A DNA stretch of 64,000 bases from an uncultured Gemmatimonadales bacterium (lineage in GTDB: Bacteria; Gemmatimonadota; Gemmatimonadetes; Gemmatimonadales; GWC2-71-9), in NCBI GenBank assembly GCA_963748815.1, contig CAVVKJ010000008.1:128001-192000 (forward strand). The letters are read 5' to 3'. Below the pieces are notes generated by a model. The model saw only the letters and a list, made by a program, of their open reading frames with translations. It was not told where the DNA came from and searched no databases. A program made the translations under genes and the position numbers. Positions within the stretch are counted from its first letter, which is position 1. Each line of letters begins with the position of its first letter. Positions 44,097 through 55,423 of this stretch are shown here, in pieces.

Positions 44097-46388
44097 ATGG
44101 TGAACCGGGTGGTCGCAGCGGCGCTGATGGCGGCGTGCGTTCCGGTCGTCGTGTCGGCGCAGTCGGCGGCCGCGCCGGCGGCCACATGGGGCGCGGGCTA
44201 CGCCCAGGTCAAGGCGATGCTCCCCGCCACGGGTCGGGGGGCCTCCGTGAGCGGACTGGTCCTGCAGCGGGAAACGGGACAGTTCGTCTTGTCGAGCGGG
44301 ACGATGGTGCTGTTGGCGCCGGTCGGGAACCGCGTGATGGGCGCGGCATTCCGGGGCAGCGGGACCTTCCGCTTCACGCCGGCCACGGAGCTCGAGCAGC
44401 AACAGCTCCGACGCACGCACAAGGACACTGCCCTGACGGTCACGTTCGCCGAGGCCGTCTTCCTCTTCTCCGATTCGACGCTCGCGGAACTCGAGCGCCA
44501 GGTCTCCTTTCAAGACGGCGCCGCGCCCGGCCTCTCGAACGCCCGGTGGTCGCAGACGCTGGATTTCCTTGGCGACGATCAGCACAACAGCATCGACCCC
44601 GACGTGATGCTCGACCTCCTCAACGGCGCCCCCGGCGGGTTCTTCTACGCGCATATCACTCCGGCCAGCGGCGGCCCCCTCATGTTTCTCGTCACGCCGA
44701 GAGAACGGGAGGGGGTGGAGTTACGGGAACGGGATCGCAGCAGCCTGTCCTCGGGCTACACCACCACCACCGTCAAGGAGCGGGCCACCGGCGTCGACCC
44801 GTCGCGCCCAGGACCGGAGCGCCGGGGCGACGCGCTGGTCCGGCACTACGCCCTGGATGTCTCGCTGCCGAACACCGGGTCCGGCGACATCGGCTTCTCG
44901 GCATCGGCCCGACTGGTCATCGCCAGTGAGGCGGCGGTGGGACCGTGGGTGGCGTTCTCCCTCTTCGAAAAGTTCATCGTCGACTCGGCGGTGTGGCTGG
45001 ACGGCAAGCCGGCGGTGTTCGAGAAGAAGAAGGACAGCCCCTATCTCTGGGTGCGGCTGCCCGCCGTTCTCCCCGCCGGGGAAACGATCCAGCTCAACGT
45101 GTACTATCGCGGCGACCTGATCGACCGGTACGGCGACTTCTTCTACATCAAGGGTTCCACCGCCTGGTACCCGCGGCCGCTGGCGGGGCGGGCCCTCGCC
45201 ACCTTCGAGATGATCTACCACTACCCGTCGAACTACGGCTTCGCCAGCGTCGGGGAACTGATGGACTCGAGCACGACCGATCGGACGACCACGAGCCGCT
45301 GGGTGACCGCGCGGCCCATCCGCAACGCGTCGTTCAACATCGGGATGTTCAAGCGGTACACGCCGGTGGAACCGGGGGCGCCGCCGGTCACCGTGCTCGT
45401 CTCGGAGAGCGGCCACCGCTCGATCGGCACGAAGGCGTACTCCGCCGACGAGGTGAGCAAGGACATCGCCCGGAGCATGAAGCTCTACACCTCGATGTTC
45501 GGCCCGCCGCCGGCGGACAATTTCTACGCGACGGAGATCCCCGCCGGGCACGGGGAGGCGTTTCCCGGGTTGATCCACCTGTCGATGTCCACCTTCGGGA
45601 TGACCGCCAGCAAGGGCCACAACGAGGTGTTCCGGGCTCACGAGGTGGCCCACCAGTGGTGGGGGATCGGCGTGGATTTCGCCAGCTACCGCGATCAGTG
45701 GCTCAGCGAAGGGTTCTCGACCTTCGCCGCGCTGTGGTACCTCCAGACCGTTCGGGGCGACGGGAAGCAGTACTTCGCCATGCTGGACGAATGGAAGGCG
45801 GAACTCCTGGCGCGCGGTGCGGAACCGGCGCCGATCGGGCTCGGGTACCGCGCGGCGGACGCCGACAATCCCGGCGACTACAACCTGGTCGTCTACGAGA
45901 AGGGCGCCTGGGTGCTGCACATGCTGCGGGCGATGATGATCGACTTGAAGACGATGAACGAGGACCGCTTCTCCGGCATGATGAAGGATTTCTACCAGAC
46001 CTACCAGGGCAAGCAGGCCTCGACGGGGGACTTCCAGCGCACGGTCGAGCGGCACACCGGGCAGCCGATGGGGTGGTTCTTCACGCAGTGGGTGTATCGC
46101 TCGGCGCTGCCAACCTATCGGACGGCGTACCAGGTGACCGAGGCGCCGGACGGCAAGCTCGTGCTCCGCCTGCGTGTCCGGCAAGAAGGCGTGCCGGACG
46201 ACTTCCTGGCCTACATGCCGGTGGCCATCGAGATGGGGAAGGACCAGGTGGTGCGGGTGCGGATGAAGGTGACGGGTCCGGTGAGCGAACTGGAGCTTCC
46301 CGGGCTGCCCGCGAAGCCCAGGAGCGTGAAGTTCAACGACCTCGACGGCGTGCTGGCCGACGTCAAGACGGAGAATTGGGGCTCCTGA
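44097..46388 (+). CDS. M1-family (gluzincin) aminopeptidase-like protein, secreted
   Basis: HEVAHQWWG...[18 protein letters not shown]; signal peptide. Confidence 0.88.
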   Translation: MVNRVVAAALMAACVPVVVSAQSAAAPAATWGAGYAQVKAMLPATGRGASVSGLVLQRETGQFVLSSGTMVLLAPVGNRVMGAAFRGSGTFRFTPATELEQQQLRRTHKDTALTVTFAEAVFLFSDSTLAELERQVSFQDGAAPGLSNARWSQTLDFLGDDQHNSIDPDVMLDLLNGAPGGFFYAHITPASGGPLMFLVTPREREGVELRERDRSSLSSGYTTTTVKERATGVDPSRPGPERRGDALVRHYALDVSLPNTGSGDIGFSASARLVIASEAAVGPWVAFSLFEKFIVDSAVWLDGKPAVFEKKKDSPYLWVRLPAVLPAGETIQLNVYYRGDLIDRYGDFFYIKGSTAWYPRPLAGRALATFEMIYHYPSNYGFASVGELMDSSTTDRTTTSRWVTARPIRNASFNIGMFKRYTPVEPGAPPVTVLVSESGHRSIGTKAYSADEVSKDIARSMKLYTSMFGPPPADNFYATEIPAGHGEAFPGLIHLSMSTFGMTASKGHNEVFRAHEVAHQWWGIGVDFASYRDQWLSEGFSTFAALWYLQTVRGDGKQYFAMLDEWKAELLARGAEPAPIGLGYRAADADNPGDYNLVVYEKGAWVLHMLRAMMIDLKTMNEDRFSGMMKDFYQTYQGKQASTGDFQRTVERHTGQPMGWFFTQWVYRSALPTYRTAYQVTEAPDGKLVLRLRVRQEGVPDDFLAYMPVAIEMGKDQVVRVRMKVTGPVSELELPGLPAKPRSVKFNDLDGVLADVKTENWGS

Positions 46389-46479
46389 GCCCCCCGCTTT
46401 CTCCCCCCTCTTCGGGGAGGTATCTTCCGGCAGCCGGTGTTCCCGGCCATTTCCTGCCTCCACCGAGGGTGAATTCCTG

Positions 46480-48612
46480 ATGGCCACACGCACCTCGGCG
46501 CCCACGAAGAGCGCACCGTCGGCCCGGCTCGACAAGGCCGAGCTCCTCGACATCTGCCGGCTGATGCTGCTCTCCCGGCGCATCGACGACCGCGAAATCC
46601 AGCTCAAGCGCCAGAACAAGATCTTCTTCCAGATCTCCGGTGCCGGACACGAGGCGGTGCTGGCGGCCGCCTCCAAGGTGTTCCGGCCGACCTACGACTG
46701 GTTCTACACCTACTACCGGGATCGGGCGCTCTGCCTCGGGCTTGGCATGACGGCCACCGAGCAGTTGCTCTCCGCCGTGGCCGCCGCGGACGACCCCAAT
46801 TCCGGCGGCCGGCAGATGCCCTCGCACTGGGGGCACAAGGACCTCAACATCGTCTCCGCCTCCAGCCCGACCGGCACCCAGTTCCTGCAGGCCGTCGGGT
46901 GTGCCGAGGCGTGGCTGCGCTCGACGCAGACGCCCGGCATCGCCGGGCCGGACGCCCCGTTCCACGGGGACGAGGTCGTCTTCTGCTCGACCGGCGACGG
47001 CACCACCAGCCAGGGCGAGTTCTGGGAGTCGATGAACACCGCCTGCAACCTGAAGCTGCCGGTGGTGTACCTCGTCGAGGACAACGGGTACGCCATCTCC
47101 ACGCCGGTCGAGGTCAACACCGCGGGCGGCTCGGTGTCGAAGCTGCTGGGCGGCTTTCCCGGCCTGTACATCCAGGAGGTCGACGGCTGCGACGTGATGG
47201 CGTCCTACGACGCCCTCACCCGCGCGGTGGAGTATGCCCGTCAGCGCAAGGGCCCCGCGCTGGTGCATGCGCACGTCATCCGGCCCTACAGCCATTCGCT
47301 GTCGGACGACGAGGTCAACTACCGGACGGCGGAGGAGCGCGCGGCGGACGCCGAGCGGGACCCGGTCACGACCTTCCCGCGGTGGCTGGTGGCGCAAGGC
47401 ATCGCGTCCGAGGCGGAAATCGAGCGCATGCGCGTCGCGGTGGCGGAGGAGGTCGACGTCGCCACCGATACCGCGCTCGCCTCGCCGCAGCCCGGCACCG
47501 ACACCATCTACGACTTCGTGTATTCCCCCGACGTCGACCCGACGTCGGAGCAGTTCGACACCGAGGACGACCCCCAGTTCACCGGGGAGCCGACCACGAT
47601 GGTCGACCTGATCAACGGCTGCCTGAAGGACGAAATGGCGCGGGACCCGCGGATCGTGGTCTTCGGCCAGGATGTGGCGGACGTGAGCCGGGAACTGCAC
47701 CTCGGTGACGTGAAGGGGAAGGGCGGGGTGTTCAAGGTGACGTGGGGGCTGCAGAAGCTCTTCGGTGGCGACCGGGTCTACAATTCGCCGCTCGCGGAGG
47801 CGAACATCATCGGCCGCGCCATCGGGATGGCCACGCGCGGCATGAAGCCGGTCGTCGAAATCCAGTTCTTCGACTATATCTGGACCGCGTACATGCAGCT
47901 GCGCGACGAACTGGCGCTGATGCGGTGGCGGTCGAACAACACCTTCAGCTCCCCGGTCGTCGTGCGCGTCACCTACGGCGGCTACCTGAAGGGCGGGTCG
48001 GTGTACCATTCGCAGACGGGCGCCGCGATCTTCACCGGCGTGCCGGGCCTCCGGGTGGTCTGTCCCTCCACGGCGCTCGACGCCAACGGCCTGTTGCGCA
48101 CCGCCATCCGGTGCGAGGACCCGGTGCTCTTCCTCGAGCACAAGCACCTCTACCGCCAGACGTACAACAAGGCGCCGAATCCCGGCCCCAACTTCATGAT
48201 CCCCTTCGGCAAGGCGAAGGTGGTGAGGGAGGGGACGGACGTCACCGTGGTGACCTACGGTGCGGTGGTGCAGCGTGCCGTCGTGGCGGCCAAGGAGCTG
48301 GAGGAGGCCGCGGGGGTGAGCGTCGAGGTCATCGACCTGCGCACCCTGAGCCCCGTCGACTGGGAGACGATCTACGCGTCGGTCCGCAAGACCAACCGTG
48401 TCATCGTCGCCTACGAGGACTCGCTGTCCTGGGGGTACGGGTCGGAAATCGCCGCCCGGATCGCCGACGAGGCCTTCGCCTGGCTCGACGCCCCGGTGCG
48501 CCGGGTGGCGGCCACCGACACCTTCGTGGCCTACGCGCCCGAACTCGAGGACGTTATTCTTCCGCAGGTGGAATCGCTGCGCCAGGCGATGGCGTCGATC
48601 GCCGCCTTCTAA
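46480..48612 (+). CDS. 2-oxoacid (branched-chain/pyruvate) dehydrogenase E1, fused alpha-beta
   Basis: [35 protein letters not shown]; beta part [19 protein letters not shown]. Confidence 0.92.
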   Translation: MATRTSAPTKSAPSARLDKAELLDICRLMLLSRRIDDREIQLKRQNKIFFQISGAGHEAVLAAASKVFRPTYDWFYTYYRDRALCLGLGMTATEQLLSAVAAADDPNSGGRQMPSHWGHKDLNIVSASSPTGTQFLQAVGCAEAWLRSTQTPGIAGPDAPFHGDEVVFCSTGDGTTSQGEFWESMNTACNLKLPVVYLVEDNGYAISTPVEVNTAGGSVSKLLGGFPGLYIQEVDGCDVMASYDALTRAVEYARQRKGPALVHAHVIRPYSHSLSDDEVNYRTAEERAADAERDPVTTFPRWLVAQGIASEAEIERMRVAVAEEVDVATDTALASPQPGTDTIYDFVYSPDVDPTSEQFDTEDDPQFTGEPTTMVDLINGCLKDEMARDPRIVVFGQDVADVSRELHLGDVKGKGGVFKVTWGLQKLFGGDRVYNSPLAEANIIGRAIGMATRGMKPVVEIQFFDYIWTAYMQLRDELALMRWRSNNTFSSPVVVRVTYGGYLKGGSVYHSQTGAAIFTGVPGLRVVCPSTALDANGLLRTAIRCEDPVLFLEHKHLYRQTYNKAPNPGPNFMIPFGKAKVVREGTDVTVVTYGAVVQRAVVAAKELEEAAGVSVEVIDLRTLSPVDWETIYASVRKTNRVIVAYEDSLSWGYGSEIAARIADEAFAWLDAPVRRVAATDTFVAYAPELEDVILPQVESLRQAMASIAAF

Positions 48613-48630
48613 CGAATCGTGGAGTGCCTC

Positions 48631-49524
48631 ATGGTGTTCGACACGCGGACAGTTCGGCCGCACGGTCGTGGCCGCAGTCCTGATGCTCGGCGCCTCCCTC
48701 GGGTCGCGGCGGCCCAGGAGGCCACCGAGTACAAGAACCACCTCTATGACAAGTGGCAGGTCGACGGCTGTCCTTCACGACGGTGCTGAACAACTCGGAC
48801 GCCCGGGTGGACGGGTCCGATGGGAATGTCGGGACCAACATCAACTTCAAGGATCTCCTCGGCGTTTCCGGAAGCACGGTGCAGCCGGCGACTCAGGCTG
48901 GCGTGGAAGCCGGGGCGGAAGACGGAGTTCGACCTGGGCTACCAGTTCCTCAACACAAGCGGCAGCCGGGCGTTCTCCGATTCGCTGGTCATCGGTGACA
49001 ACGAGTTCTTTGGCGACATCGACCTGAACACGAAGCTCGGCTCGGACAACGCGACGCTCCAGTTCAAGTATTCGATCTTCGCCAAGGAACGGCACAACAT
49101 CGGTCTCGCCATCGGGCTGGGCGCCATCTTCTTCAGCGCGGAGTTCGACGGCTCGGCCGAACGGCTGCGTCGGGGACGCCTGTGACAGCACCGGCGCCGG
49201 TCAGCCTCAAGAAGAAGCTCACCGGCCCGACGGCCTCGCTCGGCGCGTTCGGCAACTGGCGGTTGGGCGATCGCTGGTACATCGGGGGAGACGCCCGCGG
49301 ACTCGGCGCCCGGGTGGACCGGTTCGACGTCTCGATCTTCGAGGCGGATGCCAACCTGCGGTACTACCTGTCCAACCGGTGGGGGGCTGGGGCTGGGCTG
49401 GTACTACACCAACGTGACGGTCGACGTCGGCGCCAAGTCGGGCAGCGCGGCCGCGCAGGACCTGGTCGGCAAGCTCGCCTACAACTACACCAGCCTCCGG
49501 TTGGGCGTCGTCGCCGCCTTCTAG
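48631..49524 (+). CDS. Outer-membrane beta-barrel protein (multiple frameshifts)
   Basis: Fragments: signal-like N-terminus, GTNINFKDLLGV, LQFKYSIFAKERHNIGLAIGLG, WRLGDRWYIGGD, C-terminal YTSLRLGVVAAF ending in Phe. Confidence 0.65.
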
Positions 49525-51425
49525 GGCTCGATCGCTTCCTTCACTTCGCTCGCCGCGGCGATGGCCCCGTCCACGTCGCGGCTGAGCGCCCGGGCCTGCT
49601 GGGTGGCGTTCGTCAGGTCGCCCAGCACCGCCCCCACCCCCGCCGACTTCAGCCGCAACAGGTCGAACCGGACGTTCTGCATCGCCAGGATGCAGGACTC
49701 GAGGTTGGCCGCCACCTGGTCCCGCCGGCTCCGCAATTCCGTCAGCTGATTCTTCTGCCGCTCGAGGAGGCCGATCCGGCGAGCCCGTTCCTCGTCATCC
49801 GGCTCCCGCATGATGGCGGCAATCCGGTCCTCGATCCGGCTGAACCCGCCGGTCTCGAGGTTGGCGTCCATGGCGTGCAGCGTTTTGCCGAGATCGGTGG
49901 CCCGCGCAAAGAGGGCATCGGCCGTCTGGATGACCTCCGGCAGCATCTTCTTGTCCGAGGCCGGCAGCCGCTCCATCAGGCCCAGGATGGCGATGCGGTC
50001 GCGGTAGAGCTGCTGGATCTGCGGGAGGCCCACACCGTAGTCCGCCGCGGTCGGGGCGGGGAGGAGGCGAGGGAGCTTGCCGCCGCTCGACGTCAGCTTG
50101 GTTTCCGCGGAGTCGTGCGCCGCCGGGCGGCTCAGCACGTCCCGCCAGCTGTACCCCGACTGCCAGAGCGTCGCATAGCTCCGGAGGAGCGGAATCCCCA
50201 TGCCACCAATGACGAATAGCGACCATGGATTGCCAATCCCGGTGCCGATGTTCAGCAGCAAGCATCCGCCGCCGACGGCCGCCCAGCGCGCAAAGATCGC
50301 CCTGGTTTTCTGGACGATTTCCGGCTCGCCGGTATCGACCGGGGGACGGTCCTTGTCCTTCTTGTCGGCGTCCCACCGCGAGGAGCGGTCGGGGCGCAGC
50401 GCCTGTCCGTCCCGCCGCAGGGGTCGCCGCTCGCCCTGTCGCGCCGGAAGCGACCCGGCCAGCGGCCGGAGCGGACGCTCGGCGGTGGATGCCCGCGGCG
50501 AAGCCGTCCGGCCCGCCGTGCGCGACGCCTTCCACCCCGTACCGGTCGGCCGGTACCCGGTCACCGTGCGCGTCTCCAGCGCCCGGCGCAGCGCGTCGGC
50601 CGTGGGCCACCGGTTTTCCGGGTCCTTCTCCAGGCATCGGCTGATGGCGAGCGCGAGGTCCTCCGGCACATCGGGCCGCTTGAGCGTCACCAGCGGGGCG
50701 GCCTCGGTGATCTGCTTCATCAGGATGCCGGCCACCGTCGGTGCCTGGAACGGCAATTCCCCCGTCACCATCTGGTAGGCCACGATCCCGAGGCTGTACA
50801 CATCGGAGCGTCCGTCGATCTCCCGCTCACCGGCCGCCTGCTCCGGACTCATGTAGGCGGGGGTCCCGATGGCCACCCCGGCGCCCGTCAGCGTCGCCCC
50901 GGAGCCGGCGGCGGAGAGCGCCTTGGCAATGCCGAAATCGGTCACCATGACCCGGCCCCGGGTGCCCTCGAGGAGGATGTTGTCGGGCTTGATGTCGCGG
51001 TGAACCACGGAAAAGGCGTGGGCGGCGCTGAGTGCGTCGGCCGTTTCCTTCATGATGCGGCGGACCTCTTCGGCGGGAAGCTGGCCGCGCCGCTTGATCC
51101 GGGCGCCGAGGGACTCACCGTCCACCAGGCCCATCACGAAATACACGAGCCCGCCGCCTTCATCGACGCCGTGAATCGGGACGATGTGCGGATGGGAGAG
51201 CCGGGCGGCGGTCTGCGCCTCGCGCATGAACCGCTGGCGGATTTCATCCTGGAAGGCGAGCTCGGGGGGGAGCACCTTGATGGCGACGCGCCGCTGTAGC
51301 CGCTCGTCGCGCGCCCGATAGACCACGCCCATGCCACCCCGACCGATCTCGCCTTCGATCGTATACGCGTCTCCCAGGGCCAGGCCGAGACGGGAGGCGA
51401 GAGGTGTTTCCTGGGGTGCGTTCAT
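49521..51425 (-). CDS. Hanks-type Ser/Thr protein kinase with TM segments and coiled-coil C-terminus
   Basis: IGRGGMGVVY, VAIK, HRDIKPDN, TDFGIAK, GTPAYMSPEQ, SDVYSLG. Confidence 0.93.
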   Translation of the reverse strand: MNAPQETPLASRLGLALGDAYTIEGEIGRGGMGVVYRARDERLQRRVAIKVLPPELAFQDEIRQRFMREAQTAARLSHPHIVPIHGVDEGGGLVYFVMGLVDGESLGARIKRRGQLPAEEVRRIMKETADALSAAHAFSVVHRDIKPDNILLEGTRGRVMVTDFGIAKALSAAGSGATLTGAGVAIGTPAYMSPEQAAGEREIDGRSDVYSLGIVAYQMVTGELPFQAPTVAGILMKQITEAAPLVTLKRPDVPEDLALAISRCLEKDPENRWPTADALRRALETRTVTGYRPTGTGWKASRTAGRTASPRASTAERPLRPLAGSLPARQGERRPLRRDGQALRPDRSSRWDADKKDKDRPPVDTGEPEIVQKTRAIFARWAAVGGGCLLLNIGTGIGNPWSLFVIGGMGIPLLRSYATLWQSGYSWRDVLSRPAAHDSAETKLTSSGGKLPRLLPAPTAADYGVGLPQIQQLYRDRIAILGLMERLPASDKKMLPEVIQTADALFARATDLGKTLHAMDANLETGGFSRIEDRIAAIMREPDDEERARRIGLLERQKNQLTELRSRRDQVAANLESCILAMQNVRFDLLRLKSAGVGAVLGDLTNATQQARALSRDVDGAIAAASEVKEAIEP

Positions 51426-51748
51426 CGAGGCGCGAGCCCTCGCTGTGGGAGTCGAATCCAGGGCGTTCAACGGGAACACAACAATCTGTCGCGGTTCACC
51501 CGATAGGGCAACAATTTCGGGCAAGGAGAAGTACCGCTGCCGCTCACAAGGTCGGCCTGTCTCTTTGGCAGGGGGGTGGCCGGGTCGGGTGGTGTCTGTT
51601 CCGAATTGCACCCGCGCACCCCATACGGGGGCAGCTCTCAAAGAGATTCTGGCGCCTTCGTATGGCACAGGGGGTGCATTCTCGGTACTATCTGAGAGTT
51701 CCACCTGCCATTTTCGCCCTCGGTCGACGAGGGATGCGAGGATTTCCG

Positions 51749-54265
51749 ATGTCTGAACGCCTGACCATACCGGTCCTTCCCCTGCGGGATGTCGTGCTCT
51801 TCCCCGGCGTCACCGCACCGATCGGCGCGGGTCGCCCCGGCACTCTGCGGGCCATCGAAGCCGCCCTGGCCACACCCGAGAAGCTGGTCTTCGCGGTGTC
51901 TCAGCGCGAGAACGTCGAGCACGTCAACCCCGAAAACCTGTACACCATCGGCACCATCGCCCGGATCGGGCAGCTCCAGCGCGGGCTCGCCGGCATGCAG
52001 CTCCTGCTCCACGGCGAGCGGCGCGGGATCGCCATGCACATGGTGGAGAAGGACGGGTTCCTGCAGGCCGTTGTTCGCGACGCCGAGGAGCTGGCGCCGC
52101 TCGACCCCGACGATCCCGCCTTTCTGGCGCTGCACCGCGAGGCCCGGAGCCGGGCGGCGGAGCTGGGGCAGAAGTCGGGCCTTCCGGAGGAAGTGATCCA
52201 GCAGGTCCTCGCCGGCGTGCACGACGCCGCGCGGTTCTCCGACCTCGTCGCCGGGTATGTCGACATCACCCCCGTGCAGCGCCAGACGCTTTTGGAGACG
52301 CTGTCGGTCGAGGACCGTCTCCGCCGCCTGCTGGTCCACATCCAGCGCCAGATCGGGTTGGTCGACGCGCAGGAGGACATCAAGTCGCAGGTGCAGGAGG
52401 AACTCGGCGAGCGCCAGCGGGAAATGTTCCTCCGCGAGCAGATGAAGACGATCCGCCGCGAGCTGGGCGAAGACGACGAGTCCGATGACATGGAGGAGTT
52501 GCGCACCAAGCTCGCGGCGCTTGCGTTGCCCGACGCCGCTCGCCGCGAGGTGGACCGCGAGCTCGGCCGCCTCGGCCGCATCGCGCGGGAGTCGATGGAG
52601 TCACAGGTCATCCGGACCTACCTGGAAACGATCCTGGAGCTGCCCTGGTCGACGCGCAGCGACGAGCATCTCGACCTCGCCGAGGCCCAGCGCATCCTCG
52701 ACGAAGACCACTACGCCCTCGGCGACGTGAAGGATCGGGTGTTGGAGTTTCTCGCGGTGCGGCAGCTCCGCGAGGCGGGGAAGCGGGACAGCGGGGAAGC
52801 GGGGAAGCCCGAGGTTGCGCATGACACCCGGGTCCCGACTGCGGAACCGGAACAGGTGACGCCTCCCCGCGTCCCCGCGTCCCCGCCCAGTCGCGCCGAC
52901 GGCGCGAAAGGTCCCATCCTCCTCTTCGTCGGCCCCCCCGGCGTCGGCAAGACTTCGGTGGCCAAGTCCATCGCGCGCGCCATGGGGCGCGAGTACGTCC
53001 GGATTTCGCTCGGCGGTGCGCGCGACGAGGCCGACATTCGCGGGCACCGGCGCACCTACGTTGGGGCGATGACGGGCCGCATCCTCAACGGGATGCGCCA
53101 GGCCGGCACCCGGAACCCCGTTTTCCTCCTCGACGAGGTCGACAAGCTGAGCGTCTCCTTCCAGGGTGACCCGGCGGCGGCGCTCCTCGAGGTCCTCGAT
53201 CCGGCGCAGAATGACTCGTTCGTCGATCACTACCTCGGCGTGCCGTTCGACCTGAGCGAAGTCCTCTTCATCGCAACCGCCAACTTCCCGCAGAACATCC
53301 CGGCGCCGCTGCTGGACCGGATGGAAACGGTGGAGTTCAGCGGGTACACCGAGCGGGAAAAGCTTGTTATCGCGCGGAACTTCCTCATCCCGCGCCAGCT
53401 GGAGGAGAACGGCCTCTCCACCGAGCAGATCGAACTGACCGAGGGCGCCCTGCAGGAGGTCATCTCAAGCTACACGCGAGAGGCGGGCGTCCGGCAACTG
53501 GAGCGGGAGCTCGGCAAGCTGTCCCGGAAGGTGGCCCGTCGCATCGCGGCCAGAGAGGTCGAGCGGGTCACGGTGGACCACCAGGTCGTCGACGACCTGC
53601 TCGGGCGTCCGCGGGTGTTTCCCGAGCGCGCCGCCCGCGAGGACCAGGTCGGCGTGGCCACGGGGATGTACTACTCCACAACCGGCGGCGACATCATGTT
53701 CGTCGAGGCGTCGGTCATGCGCGGCAAGGGGGAACTGACCCTGACCGGGCAGCTTGGCGACGTCATGAAGGAGTCGGCCCGGGCCGCCTGGACGTACGCC
53801 CGGTCACACGCCGCCGGACTGCACATCAAGGAAGACATGTTCGAACGGGATCTCCACATCCACGTGCCGGCGGGCGCCATTCCGAAGGACGGCCCCTCGG
53901 CCGGTGTGACGATGGCCACCGCCCTCGTCTCGGCGATGTCCGGCCGGCCGGTGCGCAACGACATCGCGATGACCGGCGAAATCACGCTCCGCGGTCACGT
54001 CCTGCCGATCGGCGGCGTGAAGGAAAAGGTGCTCGGGGCGGTACGCGCGGGCATTACCAAGATCGTGCTGCCGCGCAAGAACGAACCCGACCTCGAGGAC
54101 CTGCCCGAGGAAGTACGGAAATTGATCGAGGTGTTTCCGGTCGACAGCCTGGGGGAGGTGTTGGCGTTGACCCTTCGCGGCGCGTCGCTGCGGGAAGGGC
54201 GCCTGCTCTTCGGGGACGAGAATCCGCGGGACGTCGCGCCGCTGGTGGAACGGTTCGCGCACTAG
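51749..54265 (+). CDS. lon: ATP-dependent protease La
   Basis: [54 protein letters not shown]. Confidence 0.97.
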   Translation: MSERLTIPVLPLRDVVLFPGVTAPIGAGRPGTLRAIEAALATPEKLVFAVSQRENVEHVNPENLYTIGTIARIGQLQRGLAGMQLLLHGERRGIAMHMVEKDGFLQAVVRDAEELAPLDPDDPAFLALHREARSRAAELGQKSGLPEEVIQQVLAGVHDAARFSDLVAGYVDITPVQRQTLLETLSVEDRLRRLLVHIQRQIGLVDAQEDIKSQVQEELGERQREMFLREQMKTIRRELGEDDESDDMEELRTKLAALALPDAARREVDRELGRLGRIARESMESQVIRTYLETILELPWSTRSDEHLDLAEAQRILDEDHYALGDVKDRVLEFLAVRQLREAGKRDSGEAGKPEVAHDTRVPTAEPEQVTPPRVPASPPSRADGAKGPILLFVGPPGVGKTSVAKSIARAMGREYVRISLGGARDEADIRGHRRTYVGAMTGRILNGMRQAGTRNPVFLLDEVDKLSVSFQGDPAAALLEVLDPAQNDSFVDHYLGVPFDLSEVLFIATANFPQNIPAPLLDRMETVEFSGYTEREKLVIARNFLIPRQLEENGLSTEQIELTEGALQEVISSYTREAGVRQLERELGKLSRKVARRIAAREVERVTVDHQVVDDLLGRPRVFPERAAREDQVGVATGMYYSTTGGDIMFVEASVMRGKGELTLTGQLGDVMKESARAAWTYARSHAAGLHIKEDMFERDLHIHVPAGAIPKDGPSAGVTMATALVSAMSGRPVRNDIAMTGEITLRGHVLPIGGVKEKVLGAVRAGITKIVLPRKNEPDLEDLPEEVRKLIEVFPVDSLGEVLALTLRGASLREGRLLFGDENPRDVAPLVERFAH
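52775..52886. repeat. Inverted octamer arrays inside lon
   Basis: GCGGGGAAGCGGGACAGCGGGGAAGCGGGGAAGC (52775-52808) and (CCCCGCGT)2CCCCGC (52865-52886). Confidence 0.75.
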
Positions 54266-54269
54266 GCGG

Positions 54270-54590
54270 CTATTCCACTCCCCCGTTCGCGAAGGCCACT
54301 GCAATCTCCTGGATGCCCGCCTGGACCTCGGCCAGACGGGCAGGGGTCCAGTGGGGTTCGCTCCGGAGCAGCCGCTCCAACTCCCGCGCCGTCGCGCTGA
54401 CCTGCGGAAATCCGTACGCCCCGCCCGAGCCGGCCAGCCGGTGAAAGAGCACCGTCAGGCCAGTCTCCGCCCCGTCCTCCCCCGCCGCGAGCGCCTCCAG
54501 GCCCCGCTGCAACTCTGCGACCCGGGCGGAGCTCCCCGCATGGTACTCCCGTCGCAATTCCCGGAGCGCCTCCGCCACCGGATCGTTCAC
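54270..54590 (-). CDS. Stand-alone Hpt domain protein
   Basis: LFHRLAGSGGAYGFPQVSATARELE. Confidence 0.85.
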   Translation of the reverse strand: MNDPVAEALRELRREYHAGSSARVAELQRGLEALAAGEDGAETGLTVLFHRLAGSGGAYGFPQVSATARELERLLRSEPHWTPARLAEVQAGIQEIAVAFANGGVE

Positions 54591-55273
54591 GGCGCTGTCC
54601 CGAACCGCTCGAAGGCCAGCACTGCGGCCGCGACGAACGCCGGCGCGGTACTCCAGTGGCCAAGGACATCCGCGCCCACCCGGGCGGCCATGACCGCGCT
54701 CTTCTCATCGACGACCGCCACGAGCGGTTGACCGGGCCACTGGTGCCCGGAGTGCGCGAGGCCGACCTCGGCGAAAGGAAGATCGACCGGTTCCAGCGCA
54801 CGGAGGTGGAGGGTGACCCCTGAGCCCGCGGCCTTGCGGAGCGACGGCGTGAGGATGGGGTAGGCGTCGGCGGGTGCCAGGAGCCGAACGGACGTCGTGG
54901 CGCGACCGACATCGTGGGCGATCAGCTGCAGCGAACCGCGCGCCGATTCGATCTCGACCAGCGTGGGGGACTCGGGGACCGATATCTCGGCCAGGTGCTC
55001 ACGCAACGCATCGAGCGCCTGGCCATGTTCGCTCGCGATCCGCGCCACGAGCGCGGTCGGGGCCTCGGGACGATACCGCTTCGGGCGCGTGCCTTCGACA
55101 CGAGCCGCGCCCTTGCTGACGAGCCCCTCGAGAGCGCTGTAGGCGTTCGCTCGCGCGAGGCTCGCCGCACGGGCGATCCCGTAGCCGGTACCCGGCCCGG
55201 TGGTCAGGAGCACCTGGTAGACCAGGCTCTCGGTCGGGGTGAACCCGAACGGCATGAGATTGAGGGTACGCAT
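54587..55273 (-). CDS. TrmB-family transcriptional regulator
   Basis: FGFTPTESLVYQVLL..GPGTGYGIARAASLARANAYSALEGLVSKG...PKRYRP. Confidence 0.82.
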   Translation of the reverse strand: MRTLNLMPFGFTPTESLVYQVLLTTGPGTGYGIARAASLARANAYSALEGLVSKGAARVEGTRPKRYRPEAPTALVARIASEHGQALDALREHLAEISVPESPTLVEIESARGSLQLIAHDVGRATTSVRLLAPADAYPILTPSLRKAAGSGVTLHLRALEPVDLPFAEVGLAHSGHQWPGQPLVAVVDEKSAVMAARVGADVLGHWSTAPAFVAAAVLAFERFGTAP

Positions 55274-55337
55274 GGAGAGTAGTATGGGATGGGACTACTG
55301 TGCTGGCAAGGGGTTGTGCCTCTGACAGCAAACGAAA

Positions 55338-55359
55338 GGGGCGCAAAGCATTGCGCCCC
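55338..55359 (-). terminator. Hairpin with T tract
   Basis: GGGGCGCAA-AGCA-TTGCGCCCC, followed by TTT on the - strand. Confidence 0.55.
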
Positions 55360-55379
55360 CACCCCTCCGCTTCAATATT

Positions 55380-55418
55380 CGCTTCCCCGCTTCCCCGCTT
55401 CCCCGCTGCCCCGCTTCC
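55380..55418. repeat. (CCCCGCTT)n octamer tandem repeat, about 4.5 copies
   Basis: Units at 55385, 55393, 55401 (variant) and 55409; a few nt from the stop at 55424. Confidence 0.9.
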
Positions 55419-55423
55419 GAACC

